NCBI GenBank assembly: GCA_963719085.1 | Contig: CAVRAL010000005.1 | Coordinates: 162,442 to 226,441, forward strand | Length of the DNA stretch: 64,000 nucleotides | Direction: 5' to 3' | From: a candidate division FCPU426 bacterium | GTDB lineage: Bacteria; Oederibacteriota; Muellerivitia; Muellerivitales; Muellerivitaceae | Shown: positions 39,778 through 50,174 of the stretch, in pieces | Layout of the letters: every line of letters begins with the position of its first letter | Position numbering within the stretch: position 1 is the first letter of the stretch | Position numbers and translations under genes: made by a program | The notes under the pieces: model-generated | Databases searched by the model: none | Told to the model about the DNA's origin: nothing | The model's input: the letters and a program-made list of their open reading frames with translations, nothing else

Positions 39778-40710
39778 TTAATGAAACGCGACGATCTGTG
39801 AATTATTCGTATCCGTCACATAAAAAGTTCCGTTGCCATCCGTCGCGATGCCTTCCGGAGCGTCCAGGAAGGCATTCCCAACTTCCGTGAGAGCCGAACC
39901 CGAGGGGTTCATCTCCACGATCTGGTCATTCCCTTCGTCCGTAACGTAGATATCACCGGTGGGGCCAAAGGCCAAATCCGTGGGTTTGAAACCCACGATG
40001 TTCGGCACGATCTGTTTAAGGTAAGTTCCCGACGCGCTGAATTCCGCTAATCGGGCATGGCCATAATCCGTCACCCAAACATTTCCTGAGTGATCCAGCC
40101 GTATATTGTAGGGGGCGCTCAGCGTCGCCGAGCCGCTGCCTGAAAAAGTAACCGGCGTGCCGAATGTGGGCGGCGACCCGGCCGTAATCGGGAACGCGTT
40201 CACTGTGTTAGCGGTATAGTTCAGGACATAGAGCGTTGTTCCCGCTGAATTGATCGCCACACCCGCGGGCGCGGTCCCGGTAATCGCGTCAGAATTCACC
40301 GAGGTTAGATAGGTTCCGGTTGAGTTGAACACCTCAACGTTCCCGTCATTTTGACCTCCGACATAAACATTTCCCGTGGCCGGGTCAATCCCGACGCCCC
40401 AGGCGTAATAAAAGCTGACTCCACCATTAAAGTTATTGATGTTGGTGATGGGCGCGCTGCCGTTGGTCGCCCATTCCGAAAGGTTTGATTCCTGTATGTC
40501 GTCCACGACCCACAACTTGCCGTTCACATAGGAAAGGACGGCCAACCCAGTGGAGGAAAAATAAGTTCCGCTTCCAATCGTGGCGAAGGCGCTCAAGGGG
40601 GCGGGCGCCGAACCCGCCTGCCCGGAGGTCGGGCTGTTATTGCTACAACCGCCCGCCAAAATAACAAGGCCGGCGATTCCAAAAATCATGGCCAAAAACT
40701 GATTTTTCAC
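39778..40710 (-). CDS. NHL-repeat beta-propeller lipoprotein
   Basis: Lipobox LAGGC; repeated P.G.A.D..G..YV.D..N units. Confidence 0.85.
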   Translation of the reverse strand: MKNQFLAMIFGIAGLVILAGGCSNNSPTSGQAGSAPAPLSAFATIGSGTYFSSTGLAVLSYVNGKLWVVDDIQESNLSEWATNGSAPITNINNFNGGVSFYYAWGVGIDPATGNVYVGGQNDGNVEVFNSTGTYLTSVNSDAITGTAPAGVAINSAGTTLYVLNYTANTVNAFPITAGSPPTFGTPVTFSGSGSATLSAPYNIRLDHSGNVWVTDYGHARLAEFSASGTYLKQIVPNIVGFKPTDLAFGPTGDIYVTDEGNDQIVEMNPSGSALTEVGNAFLDAPEGIATDGNGTFYVTDTNNSQIVAFH

Positions 40711-40869
40711 GGAGCCTCCCGAATAGTCATAATTTCCAAATCATGATACTGAAATCCATAAATAAAAAGAACCCGTTTTTCGCCTGTTCAAACGGGAAAA
40801 AGCCCGAGTTGAATGAAAGATTAGGATTAAGCGGTGGCTAAATAAACTTCAGCCGTCTCTCAATCAGCG

Positions 40870-41181
40870 TTAAAAGGGGCCCTGCGATTTTTCGATCAAT
40901 TCCAAAAGTCCGGGTAAGTATTCCTTCATCTCATCCAAACGCAAAGAATTGAATTGCCGGGTGCCTTCGCCCCGGGTCTTCACCAATCCCGCCTGACGAA
41001 GCACCTTATAGTGATGGGAAAGCGTCGATTTACTCACCGGCATTTTACAGTCGCCGCAGGGGGCTTCTTTTTTATCGAGCAAAATCTTAATGATCTTTAA
41101 GCGGGCCGGGTCGCTTAAGGCGTAAAAAACCGTGGAAAGCGGCACCTTTTTGGTTTCGGAATAAAGGGTATTTCGCATCAT
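40870..41181 (-). CDS. ArsR/SmtB family regulator
   Basis: ALSDPARLKI, KSTLSHHYKVLRQAGL. Confidence 0.92.
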   Translation of the reverse strand: MMRNTLYSETKKVPLSTVFYALSDPARLKIIKILLDKKEAPCGDCKMPVSKSTLSHHYKVLRQAGLVKTRGEGTRQFNSLRLDEMKEYLPGLLELIEKSQGPF

Positions 41182-41217
41182 TTCACCTCGAATTTGGCTC
41201 TTTTAGAAGTATAGGGC

Positions 41218-41262
41218 TTGACCCCGCCGGGGGCTAGTCCTATTGTTCGAATATCATCGAAC
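41218..41262 (+). promoter_or_regulatory. Sigma-70 promoter with overlapping candidate ArsR operator
   Basis: TTGACC-N17-TATTGT; perfect palindrome GTTCGA-N6-TCGAAC at 41245-41262. Confidence 0.7.
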
Positions 41263-41313
41263 TAATCAACGGCCGGGACGAAATCGTTGAAAAGAACGGT
41301 CAGGAGGATTGCC

Positions 41314-41499
41314 ATGAACTTGTTAAACCAGGAAAATCAAGCTTACATAGAAGCCCAGGATAAAGCCCTGGAGGAGTTAAAATATCTCCTCCAGCAAAAG
41401 GACGCGCGGCTTCAACGCCTGGCGATCCAGACGGGCCAAAAAGAACCACCGGCCTATTTCGACCGGTACGAAGAGAAAACTCTCATTGTTTTAAATTAA
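41314..41499 (+). CDS. Small hypothetical protein
   Basis: AGGAGG RBS; first gene of the trxA operon. Confidence 0.6.
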   Translation: MNLLNQENQAYIEAQDKALEELKYLLQQKDARLQRLAIQTGQKEPPAYFDRYEEKTLIVLN

Positions 41500-41512
41500 T
41501 AAGGAGGCGGTC

Positions 41513-41845
41513 ATGGAAGGTAAGAATTTGTTTGAGGCAACCGACGGAACGTTTGAAAAGGAAGTCCTTCAGTCCAAAGAACCGGTCTTGGTTGATTTTT
41601 GGGCCGAGTGGTGCGGGCCTTGCAAGGTTTTAGGACCGACCATGCATACCATATCCAATGAGTACGCCGGCAAGGTAAAGGTCGTCAAGATGGACGTGGA
41701 TCAAAACCCTCAAACCCCGGGCCAGTACCATATCCATGGAATCCCGACCGTCATTTTGTTTAAAAACGGCCAGCCCGTGGATCAGTTCGTCGGCGCCAAG
41801 TCAAAACCCGCCGTCGAGGAATTTTTAAACAAACACTTGGCCTAA
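41513..41845 (+). CDS. trxA: Thioredoxin
   Basis: DFWAEWCGPC, GIPT. Confidence 0.97.
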   Translation: MEGKNLFEATDGTFEKEVLQSKEPVLVDFWAEWCGPCKVLGPTMHTISNEYAGKVKVVKMDVDQNPQTPGQYHIHGIPTVILFKNGQPVDQFVGAKSKPAVEEFLNKHLA

Positions 41846-41863
41846 ACCAGTCCAACTTTTCGC

Positions 41864-41943
41864 TTCACCACCAAGGCGCCAAGATACCAAGAACAGCAAG
41901 ATGAGATTTGCTTAACTTGGTGTCTTGGTGCCTTGGTGGTGAA
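41864..41943. repeat. Palindromic element with 8-bp subrepeats (CACCAAGR)
   Basis: TTCACCACCAAGGCGCCAAGATACCAAG ... CTTGGTGTCTTGGTGCCTTGGTGGTGAA. Confidence 0.85.
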
Positions 41944-41977
41944 AAGGCCTCGGAGTTTAAGTTTTTTAGGAGTCAAT

Positions 41978-42940
41978 ATGAAAGCCATTCGGGTAACGCA
42001 GTTCGGCGGGCCGGAAGTTTTAAAGCTGGAAGATAAACCGGACTTCGCGCCCCCGGCGGCCGGGCAGCTGGTGGTCGCGGTCAAGGCCGTGGGCGTCAAT
42101 CCATTGGAGACTTACATACGCGCCGGCAAATACGGGGTCCTTCCCGCCCTGCCCTACACACCGGGAAGTGACGGCGCGGGAATCGTGGAATCCATCGGCC
42201 CGGGCGTGACCGCCCATAAGCCCGGCGATCGGGTTTATTTTATTTCCACCCCCGACGCTTACGCTGAAAAAGTCCTGGCCCAAGCCGTTTCCGTTTATCC
42301 CCTTCCGTCCGCCGTCAGCTTCAGCCAAGGCGCCGCCCTCGGCGTTCCTTATGGAACGGCTCACCGGGCCCTGTTCCATCGAGGCGACGCGAAAAAAGGC
42401 GAAACCGTCCTGATCCACGGCGCCAGCGGCGGCGTGGGCACGGCCGCCATCCAGTTGGCCAAACGCGCGGGCCTCACGGTCATCGGAACCGGCGGCACGG
42501 ACGCCGGACGCGCCCTCGTCAAGGCCGAGGGAGCCGACACCGTGCTTGATCATCACGACAGCGCGTTCGCCGACAAACTTAATCAGGCGACCAACGGCAA
42601 GGGCGTGGACCTCATCATCGAACTGGCCGCCCATATCAACCTGGGCAAGGATCTGGGCCTCTTGGCCAAGTTTGGACGGGTGGTGGTGGTGGGCAGCCGG
42701 GGGCCGGTGGAGATCAATCCCCGGGACATCATGGGCCGCGACGCGGACATCCGCGGCATGGTTCTGGCCAATTCCACATCCGGCGAATTGGTCCAGGTCC
42801 ATTTGGATTTAGGCAAAGGCCTGGCTGATAAAAGCTTAAGACCCGTCATCGGCAAGGAATTCGCCCTCAAGGACGCCCCGGCGGCCCACGCGGCCGTCAT
42901 GGCCGGCGGAGCGCAGGGCAAGGTGGTTCTTCTGCCGTGA
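41978..42940 (+). CDS. qor: NADPH:quinone reductase (zeta-crystallin-like)
   Basis: FGGPEVL, GVNP, PGSDGAG, HGASGGVG, GKVVL. Confidence 0.92.
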   Translation: MKAIRVTQFGGPEVLKLEDKPDFAPPAAGQLVVAVKAVGVNPLETYIRAGKYGVLPALPYTPGSDGAGIVESIGPGVTAHKPGDRVYFISTPDAYAEKVLAQAVSVYPLPSAVSFSQGAALGVPYGTAHRALFHRGDAKKGETVLIHGASGGVGTAAIQLAKRAGLTVIGTGGTDAGRALVKAEGADTVLDHHDSAFADKLNQATNGKGVDLIIELAAHINLGKDLGLLAKFGRVVVVGSRGPVEINPRDIMGRDADIRGMVLANSTSGELVQVHLDLGKGLADKSLRPVIGKEFALKDAPAAHAAVMAGGAQGKVVLLP

Positions 42941-43674
42941 AAAAACCGGACCCCAAACTGGTTTTCCTGCTGGATTACGACGGCACGCTCACCGATTTCG
43001 ACCGAAACCCGGATCACTCCCGGCTTCCGGCCGAAACCCGCCGGATTCTGAAACGCCTTCGACGTAAATATCCCGTCATCCTGGTCAGTGGCCGCGATGT
43101 CAAAAGCCTGAGGGCGGTCTCCAAGCTTAAAAATTTTCCGATGGTGGGCAGTCATGGTTTTGAGGCCTATCAGCTTCCCGGAGGCCTGAAACTCTCCACA
43201 TCCGCCCAACAACGCGAGGTCGGCCGTGAAGCCCGCCTCCTTTATAAGGCCTTCCACCAGCTTCAAGCGCGCTTCCCCGGCCTGCACATTGAGCCAAAAC
43301 CCTTTTCCGCCACTGTGCATTACCGCGGACTCACCTTGAGCCCGGCCCAAGAGCGGAAGTTAAAGGCGATGTTTCATTCCATCGTCCAAAAAACCGTCAG
43401 GCCGAATCGATGGGTTTTGCAAGATGGAAAAAAGATGCTGGAAGCCAAACCAAAAGGTTTTTCCAAGGGCCAAGCGGTTTTAAGGCTTTTAAAGCAATTT
43501 CCCGGCGCCCTTCCGCTTTACGCCGGTGACGATCTGACCGACATTTCGGCTTTGAAAGCCTTGGGATCCAAGGGCCTGAAAGTGGTTCTGGGCGACCGTA
43601 TCCCTAAAAAGCTCGCCAATCTCCGTTTCAATCAGCCTGATGATTTCGTCTATTGGCTGAAAGCGTTTTTATAA
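42937..43674 (+). CDS. otsB: Trehalose-6-phosphate phosphatase (HAD)
   Basis: DYDGTL, VSGR, GSHG, HYR, KG.A, GDDLTD. Confidence 0.9.
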   Translation: MKKPDPKLVFLLDYDGTLTDFDRNPDHSRLPAETRRILKRLRRKYPVILVSGRDVKSLRAVSKLKNFPMVGSHGFEAYQLPGGLKLSTSAQQREVGREARLLYKAFHQLQARFPGLHIEPKPFSATVHYRGLTLSPAQERKLKAMFHSIVQKTVRPNRWVLQDGKKMLEAKPKGFSKGQAVLRLLKQFPGALPLYAGDDLTDISALKALGSKGLKVVLGDRIPKKLANLRFNQPDDFVYWLKAFL

Positions 43675-43956
43675 TTTCAACCCCATTGACCGGCCCAAAT
43701 CACCTGGGCGCGTCCGCCTTTCCCGCTATCATTTCGAGAAGCCTTCCAGCAAAAATTTGAATTTTAAATAATTACGAATTTACTCATTTAAAATTTAATT
43801 AGTAGTAACATGCCTTCCACCAAATGGATTTACCGCCCAATTCTCAGTTTCCCCAGAATGTCCTCGAGAGTTAAAACCAGGCCTTTAAAACCAATTTGCC
43901 TCAACTAGTTCAACCCGGTGTTTCGCCGAAATAAAACATCCTTTTGGAGACAAAAA

Positions 43957-44715
43957 ATGATTATTGTCCGGAAATCGGAAGAGCGCCGCCACATTGAGAG
44001 AAGGGGCCATCAGACTTGGATGACCTTCGACTGGGAAAACAACTCGGATCCGCTTCAAAACGGTTTCGGCGCGCTCAAAATACTGAATGAAGAAATACTT
44101 TCCCCGGGCGTAGGTTTCATCCTTCTAACTCAAAAGGACATGGTGATCATCACCTATTTGCGTGAAGGCGTGATTATCTACAAAGGTCCCTTGGAAGACG
44201 CCGATTTATTGTGGGCCAAAGAATTCCAGAGAACCAATGTCACCCCCGACACCCAACAATACGTTTTCAATGTTTCCCAATCCGATGACGCCCACATCTT
44301 CCAAAGCGGATTCACCCCTAGCGAGCTTTTTTCAAAACAGGACGGGGTCAAAAAACTTTTTACCCACGCGGAGCGTCAGGGCATTTTAAAGCTCATTGCC
44401 TCTCCCGACGGACGCGAGGGATCGCTGTCCATACAACAGGACGTCCAAATGTATTCCGCTTACACGCATCAGGGAAATCACTTGATCCACGGGCTTGAAC
44501 CCGGACGGATTGCCTGGCTTCAAGTGGTCAAAGGTGAAATCGCGATGAACGGCCTCACGCTTAAAACAGGGGATGGAGCCGGTTTATCCAATGAAATATC
44601 AGTGTCGTTTACAGCCCAAAGATCGACCGAAATTCTTCTTTTTGATCTGACTGGGTTCATGAATACGAAAAACGAAATGGAGTCACTTCAAAAAACCGAG
44701 GTTTTCCTGAGTTGA
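43957..44715 (+). CDS. Pirin-family protein, paralog of 11753..12451, metal ligands absent
   Basis: Shared MI.VRKSEERRHI, TWMTFDWEN, LIASPDG, IQQDVQMYS; HxH replaced by LTQ. Confidence 0.88.
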   Translation: MIIVRKSEERRHIERRGHQTWMTFDWENNSDPLQNGFGALKILNEEILSPGVGFILLTQKDMVIITYLREGVIIYKGPLEDADLLWAKEFQRTNVTPDTQQYVFNVSQSDDAHIFQSGFTPSELFSKQDGVKKLFTHAERQGILKLIASPDGREGSLSIQQDVQMYSAYTHQGNHLIHGLEPGRIAWLQVVKGEIAMNGLTLKTGDGAGLSNEISVSFTAQRSTEILLFDLTGFMNTKNEMESLQKTEVFLS

Positions 44716-45067
44716 CCGAGCCACGGGCAAAAAACTGGGCCGACAAGAGGTTTCGGCGGCTTTCCTGACCAGGCACCGCCAACCTTCACGCCGAGAAACC
44801 GGATGATTTTGTCTATTGGTTGAAGGCTTTTTTGTAGGCTTCCCTTCTAAAAAAACTTTGGTTGCCACCGAACCGGGACGGATTATAATATTTCCATTGT
44901 TACCCGTCGGCTGCCGCCGCAACGGGCCCTTCAAACCATTACAGACAACTTAACCGTCGGAACTGATCCGGCGACCTTCCGGATTGACTTCCTTGCGCCA
45001 TCGGGTTTTAACGTGAAATAAAACCGAGGACGCCCAAGCTATTCATCTCACTTTAAGGATCGCGCTC

Positions 45068-45418
45068 ATGGAAAATTTCTCGGTGATGACGAGGCAGGCG
45101 ATGTCGAATACCGCTGTCTCGGTGATGGAAGTGCAGGGGGCGTTGGACATCAATACGGTGGAAGCCTTTGAGACGGCGCTGCAGAGGCTTTTCAACCAAA
45201 AACAGTTCAAGATCATCCTGAATTTCGAGAAACTCACCTACGTTTCCAGCGCCGGCATCGGCGTCATGGTGGGCCTGATCCGCGATGTCCGCAAGAACCG
45301 CGGGGACATCAAGATCACCCACACGCCCCCGGAAATCTTCAAGATATTCGATCTATTGGAACTCCCGGGCCTGCTGCATTTCGTCAAGACCGAGCAGGAA
45401 GCGGCCGCCCAGTTTTAA
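45068..45418 (+). CDS. STAS anti-sigma-factor antagonist
   Basis: GALD, YVSSAG phospho-Ser motif. Confidence 0.92.
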   Translation: MENFSVMTRQAMSNTAVSVMEVQGALDINTVEAFETALQRLFNQKQFKIILNFEKLTYVSSAGIGVMVGLIRDVRKNRGDIKITHTPPEIFKIFDLLELPGLLHFVKTEQEAAAQF

Positions 45419-46221
45419 CGTCCGCTGAAAAAATTAGTTAAAACCGGTTCCAGCGCTGGAGCGGCCTTGGCGGCGTCATGGGATTGCCCCGCCAAAGTTT
45501 GATAGCGCGCCTCAGGCAGGATTCGCGCCAGGGACTTCATGGCGTTTCGCATCCATTGGGGGCTCTTCCCACCATCCAATACCAGCGCCGGCAGTTTGAC
45601 GGCTTTCCAGTCGCTTTTGGCGAGCGGCTTGCCGTTTTGATAATCCTTTACGATCGCCCCGTCATAAGGAAGGGTATGTGCGGCCGCTTGGAGCTTGGTC
45701 CACAAGGGAAACAACCGCATAACCATGACCACGAAAGAAGGAACCCCGACCGCCTTCAAAAATGCCGCCACCGCGGCTGAGCGGTTTCCCGCCCGGACGG
45801 CTTGATCAATCCGAATCCAAGTTTCCGCCATGCCGGAACGGCTGTTATCGACAATGAAGGGCGCCTCGTACAAGGCCAATTTTTTAATCGGGAATTTTCG
45901 GGCGGCGGCCAAAAGCGCCAAAACCGCGCCCGAAGAAACGCCGAACACGAAAGCCGATCGACCCGCCTTTTTGAGCAAAGTGCCCAAATCCTCCAGCTCA
46001 CGATCCACGGCATAAGGCATTGTGTCGCCGCTTTCACCCCGGCCCCGGCGGTCATAAATGAAAACGGTAAAGTGTTTGGCCAAAACCGAAACCAAAGCCG
46101 AACTGGGTCCAAACTTACGGCTGCACAAGGCCCCATCCACGAGGATAAGGGACGACCCCTGGCCCACCCGCTCAAAGGCGATAACCGTCCCGTCTTTTGA
46201 GGTTACGGTTTCCGTCATCAA
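45415..46221 (-). CDS. Alpha/beta hydrolase
   Basis: SKDGT.IA, YDRRGRG.SGD, GVSSG, GQSH. Confidence 0.9.
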   Translation of the reverse strand: MMTETVTSKDGTVIAFERVGQGSSLILVDGALCSRKFGPSSALVSVLAKHFTVFIYDRRGRGESGDTMPYAVDRELEDLGTLLKKAGRSAFVFGVSSGAVLALLAAARKFPIKKLALYEAPFIVDNSRSGMAETWIRIDQAVRAGNRSAAVAAFLKAVGVPSFVVMVMRLFPLWTKLQAAAHTLPYDGAIVKDYQNGKPLAKSDWKAVKLPALVLDGGKSPQWMRNAMKSLARILPEARYQTLAGQSHDAAKAAPALEPVLTNFFSGR

Positions 46222-46243
46222 AAACTCCTTTACTGATTGCCCA

Positions 46244-47488
46244 TTACGGGGATTTCGATTCCGGGGCGGCCGACCGGGCCATCTTCGGGGACTCGGAAAG
46301 CGAGATCATGAGAAAAGCGGCTCCCCCCAGCAGTACGGCGAGGCCGATAAACGAGGGAATGTAAGAATTGTGGAATGCTCCCCGCAAGGCGTCCATCAAG
46401 ACAATGAGAAGACCGGACGCCTGTACCACGAGGGCGAAAATCCCGTTGCTCGTACCCTCGGGAGCCGGAAAGGTGATCTCAGCGCCGTATTGATAGGCCA
46501 CCGGCGTGACGCCCGTGACCGCGAATCCCATGACAAAGAAGCAGATGATCTCGAACGGGAGGCCCCTCCCGAGCACCAATCCAAAGGTGGCGGGCACGGC
46601 CAGAAAAACCGCGATGATCAGCACAAGCTTGCGGCGGCCCAAGGCGTCTGAAACCGCGGGAATCACGATACTGCCCGCAATTCCGCCGACGAGCAGCAAA
46701 GCCGTCAGCATGACGCCCTGATCCACGGTCAGTGAAAGCTCCGCGCCAAGGCCGTCGATCAGCGTAAACACCCCATTCACGATGCCGCTGGCCAGGAACA
46801 GCGCCAGCGAGAGGATATAGACGCTTTTGTTTTTCAAGATTTGCTTCAGGCTGTCCAGCACCAGCGCTCGGACCTCCTCGCCCGGGGGGCTCGCGGGCGT
46901 GGGCGGCCCCGAGCGGGCCAGCGCGACGAACAACAGGGCCGACAAAGCCGAGGCGGCCCCATAAATAAGCTGCAGTCCTGAAAAACCGCAGGCGGAAACC
47001 AATCCCGGCCCCAGCACTTCGCCAAGCCCAATGCCTAAAAACATAGCCAGGAAAATAACGCCCGTGATGGTCGCCCGGTGTTTTTGCGGAAACCAAATCG
47101 CGGCGAATTTGGTGAAGGCGTTTAAAAGGAAGGGCTGTCCGATCGATATTCCAATCGATCCCACAACCGCCATCGTGTAATTCGTGGGAAACAAGGCGCG
47201 GAGCAGTCCAAAAGCTCCCATTAGTATGGCGCCGAACCCCACCGCTTTCTTGAAACCGTAGGTATCAATCGCCCAAGCCGCCGGAAACGCCACCACGATG
47301 TAGATGAGCATGAACATATTCGCCAGAAGGTCGATGTCCTCGCGCTTCACCCCATAAACGGCGGCCGCCAAAGTCGCGATGGGCGCGTAACCGATCCACA
47401 GCACTTGCACCATGACATTGATCAGCATGAATACGGCGAGCACCACCCATCGGTATGGATACACCTTGACGCTTTGCGCTTCCATCAC
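46244..47488 (-). CDS. MFS transporter (FLVCR-like)
   Basis: YPYRWVVL, 12 TM helices, SDALGRRK, AEITFPAPEG. Confidence 0.9.
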   Translation of the reverse strand: MMEAQSVKVYPYRWVVLAVFMLINVMVQVLWIGYAPIATLAAAVYGVKREDIDLLANMFMLIYIVVAFPAAWAIDTYGFKKAVGFGAILMGAFGLLRALFPTNYTMAVVGSIGISIGQPFLLNAFTKFAAIWFPQKHRATITGVIFLAMFLGIGLGEVLGPGLVSACGFSGLQLIYGAASALSALLFVALARSGPPTPASPPGEEVRALVLDSLKQILKNKSVYILSLALFLASGIVNGVFTLIDGLGAELSLTVDQGVMLTALLLVGGIAGSIVIPAVSDALGRRKLVLIIAVFLAVPATFGLVLGRGLPFEIICFFVMGFAVTGVTPVAYQYGAEITFPAPEGTSNGIFALVVQASGLLIVLMDALRGAFHNSYIPSFIGLAVLLGGAAFLMISLSESPKMARSAAPESKSP

Positions 47489-48025
47489 CCCTCCCTTTCT
47501 TTAATCACACAAAAGAATCAGAAAATGACGGCAATCCTGCAATTCAAACAAAAACCGACGCCATTTTAATCGAAAATATCTCTTTTGGAAATTATACGGA
47601 AAAGGACAAAACGAAATTCCGATTGCCCTTCGTCACAGCTCAGGCACTCGACCCATCGCAGTGGGTCCCGGTTCTTGCGGCCCAGGGAACAGGTCGTTTC
47701 CCCCACGGTGAAGCTCCTCTTCTTTAAAAAAATGCCTTTTGGCACTCTCCATCTTCAATTCATCGATGTACTTGCAAAGGGGTTTGGCCAGTATTTTGGT
47801 TGAAGACCCGAATAATAGTCCCCGGAGAATATAGGGTCCGCTTTTTTGACAAACTTTTGGTTTTTTCAAAAATTTTTGCCCCCTTCTCATTTTTGGCAAG
47901 TCCAAAACCCCTTTAAAATCAACGATTCTTAATTTGGCATCGTTTGTGCATACTTCTAATCTTCTATTCGGCCGGATATTTTTGGAAAAAAACAATTTTG
48001 AAAGCCCGTATAACAGGGGGTATTT

Positions 48026-49009
48026 ATGAACCGGAAATTTTACGGACTGGTGGTGGCTGGATTATTGCCGCTTTTCTTGGGTTGCAGCCGCAATTTGTCC
48101 ACCAGCCCCGTTGAAGGCCCGGCTCTCACCCCGGTCCCGACTCCACCCACACCCACGGCGATCAATTACATTTATCAAGCCGAATGGGGCGGCCCCGGTA
48201 CCGGAAACGGCCAATTCTCCTACCCGACGGGGATCGCCATGGATTCAAAGGGTAATCTCTACGTCCCCGATGGTTACAATTCCCGTGTTGAGAAATTCTC
48301 AAGCAACGGCACCTATATTAGCCAATGGGGGACCCCTGGTACAGGAAACAGCCAATTCGGTATCCCGAACGGGATTGGAATCGACTCCTCCGATAACGTT
48401 TATATCTCGGACTATACGAACAATAACATCCAAAAATTCACGAGTAACGGGACCTATCTGACCCAATGGGGATCGAGCGGATCAGGGAACGGCCAATTTT
48501 CGGGTCCTTCGGGCATCGTTTTGGATGCATCGAATAATGTTTTCGTGGTGGACAACCATAACGCCCGCGTCGAAAAATTCACCAATACCGGCACCTATCT
48601 CAGCCAATGGGGGACCCTCGGTACGGGGAACGGCCAATTTAAATATCCCGTCGGGGCCTGCTCGGACGCTTCGGGAAACATATATGTGGTAGACGAGACA
48701 AATTGTAACGTCCAAAAATTCACCAACGACGGAGCCTTCATTTGCGGATGGGGCTCATTGGGTTCGGGCAACGGCCAGTTCTCGAACCCCTCCTGCGGCA
48801 TAAAGGTGCTCACCAACGGCACTGTTTGTGTGGTGGATTCGGGAAATAATCGGGTCCAAGAATTCACGCCGAATGGCGCCTATCTGTGCCAATTCGGAAA
48901 CACGGGAAGCACGGTCCTGGATGATCCCGACTATATCTGCTCGAACACTTCGAATCAGCTTTGGGTCACCAATACCGGTTCCGAATGGGTTTATACCTAC
49001 ACCCCCTAG
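48026..49009 (+). CDS. NHL-repeat six-bladed beta-propeller lipoprotein
   Basis: Lipobox FLGC; repeated WG..G.GNGQF..P.GI units. Confidence 0.9.
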   Translation: MNRKFYGLVVAGLLPLFLGCSRNLSTSPVEGPALTPVPTPPTPTAINYIYQAEWGGPGTGNGQFSYPTGIAMDSKGNLYVPDGYNSRVEKFSSNGTYISQWGTPGTGNSQFGIPNGIGIDSSDNVYISDYTNNNIQKFTSNGTYLTQWGSSGSGNGQFSGPSGIVLDASNNVFVVDNHNARVEKFTNTGTYLSQWGTLGTGNGQFKYPVGACSDASGNIYVVDETNCNVQKFTNDGAFICGWGSLGSGNGQFSNPSCGIKVLTNGTVCVVDSGNNRVQEFTPNGAYLCQFGNTGSTVLDDPDYICSNTSNQLWVTNTGSEWVYTYTP

Positions 49010-49223
49010 CGGTCATTCGGGGTTGGAAAAGCTTCTATATCAGCGGCGAAATTTTAATTCTTATTCTATGATTCAAATGGGATGAAGAAAGCCTTCCATT
49101 AATCAACGCATCTCCTCCGTATAATCTCCCTATATTGTTTGCGCCCTTCCCATTCCCAAACTATGGGCAATCCTGTTTCCACGGAAATCCGACTCAAACC
49201 ATTTATCTTAGGTGAACCAAAAC

Positions 49224-49251
49224 AAAAAGCCCGGCGGAGGGGGCCGGGCTT
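49224..49251 (-). terminator. Rho-independent terminator after the second LysM gene
   Basis: AAGCCCGGC / GCCGGGCTT stem followed by a U-tract on the minus strand. Confidence 0.7.
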
Positions 49252-49298
49252 GAATCCGGCGCTACCAGCCGGATTCTAAAAGTTAGAGAGGTTGATTG

Positions 49299-49760
49299 TC
49301 AGAAGTAATCGATGGGCAGGGTTTCCCGGGGTTTGCTGTGAGGAACAAACTTCGGCGTCTCCATCGCCAACTTTTTCGCCCTCGCCAAATCATCCGCGGA
49401 AATCCCTTTTTCAACCTTTAAAACCTGTCGCGGATAGATGAGGTCCGGGTCTTGAATCTGGTCCCGGTTGGCCTTGAAAAGCAGGGGCCATTCAAACGAG
49501 TCGGCGTAAACCTGCGGCTGGCCCGAAATCCCCCAAAGCGTATTTCCCTTCTCCACGGTGTAGCGGGCCGAGGGGACCGCCGCCACGGGAGCCATAGCGG
49601 CCGGCTCGTTTGATTGCGGTGGCCGCGGCACTTCCGTACTGTCGATGCGTTTGGCGGTGCCACAGCCATCCAGTCCCGCGCCTACGGCCAATAAGCAAGC
49701 TAAAACCCTAACCTTCATTTTCGTTTTCATTTTCGTATCCTTCCCGTTTATTTTTTTCAA
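49299..49760 (-). CDS. LysM lipoprotein, paralog of 7038..7463 (start uncertain)
   Basis: LDGC; YTVEKGNTLWGIS...WPLLFKANRDQIQDPD; ends PRETLPIDYF. Confidence 0.88.
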   Translation of the reverse strand: MKKINGKDTKMKTKMKVRVLACLLAVGAGLDGCGTAKRIDSTEVPRPPQSNEPAAMAPVAAVPSARYTVEKGNTLWGISGQPQVYADSFEWPLLFKANRDQIQDPDLIYPRQVLKVEKGISADDLARAKKLAMETPKFVPHSKPRETLPIDYF

Positions 49761-49763
49761 CGC

Positions 49764-50105
49764 TTAACCTTTCGTCAGTTCCCTTAAATCCCCCGATTTT
49801 TTCGTGTCTTCCAAAACCGCTTTTCCCAATGCCTGTTTTTTCTCCATGTCCAACGCCGATCCCTTCCCCCAAGGGGTTGGATTCTCCCCGAAAGTCCGGG
49901 CCCTCATGACCACGCCATGAACCCGGGTACCGTTGGGCCGGACTTTCCAGGCGATGCTCGTTATTCCAGCGTCCTGGAGTGACCGAAAAGCGTAAAAACT
50001 TTTGCTCAACCGGGGACCCAAATAGCCCAACGCGATAAGGAACAGGTAAAAGAAAAGAATGAGTAACATTTCGTTTTGTTTCATGAAATCTCCTTTTAGG
50101 ATCAA
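49764..50105 (-). CDS. Hypothetical membrane-anchored protein
   Basis: N-terminal TM helix; likely start MKQN after AGGAG. Confidence 0.5.
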   Translation of the reverse strand: MILKGDFMKQNEMLLILFFYLFLIALGYLGPRLSKSFYAFRSLQDAGITSIAWKVRPNGTRVHGVVMRARTFGENPTPWGKGSALDMEKKQALGKAVLEDTKKSGDLRELTKG

Positions 50106-50174
50106 TCCAAAATACGTCCGCGAAGACGCTTTAAACCGTCGGCCTCAGGGCAAACGGTGGAATTGAAAAGGAGT

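Noticed and set aside
43740..43950. Sigma-54 promoter for pirin 2
   Set aside because: No correctly spaced GG-N10-GC found; only one weak UAS-like site at 43726.
47570..47800. Possible riboswitch or small Cys-containing ORF upstream of the MFS gene
   Set aside because: No convincing match to ZTP, SAH, c-di-GMP or c-di-AMP consensus; candidate ORFs lack a good start.
48150..48950. Recurring GGAACGGCCAATT-like DNA repeats suggesting CRISPR
   Set aside because: In-frame NHL protein repeats; no constant repeat-spacer array and no cas genes.
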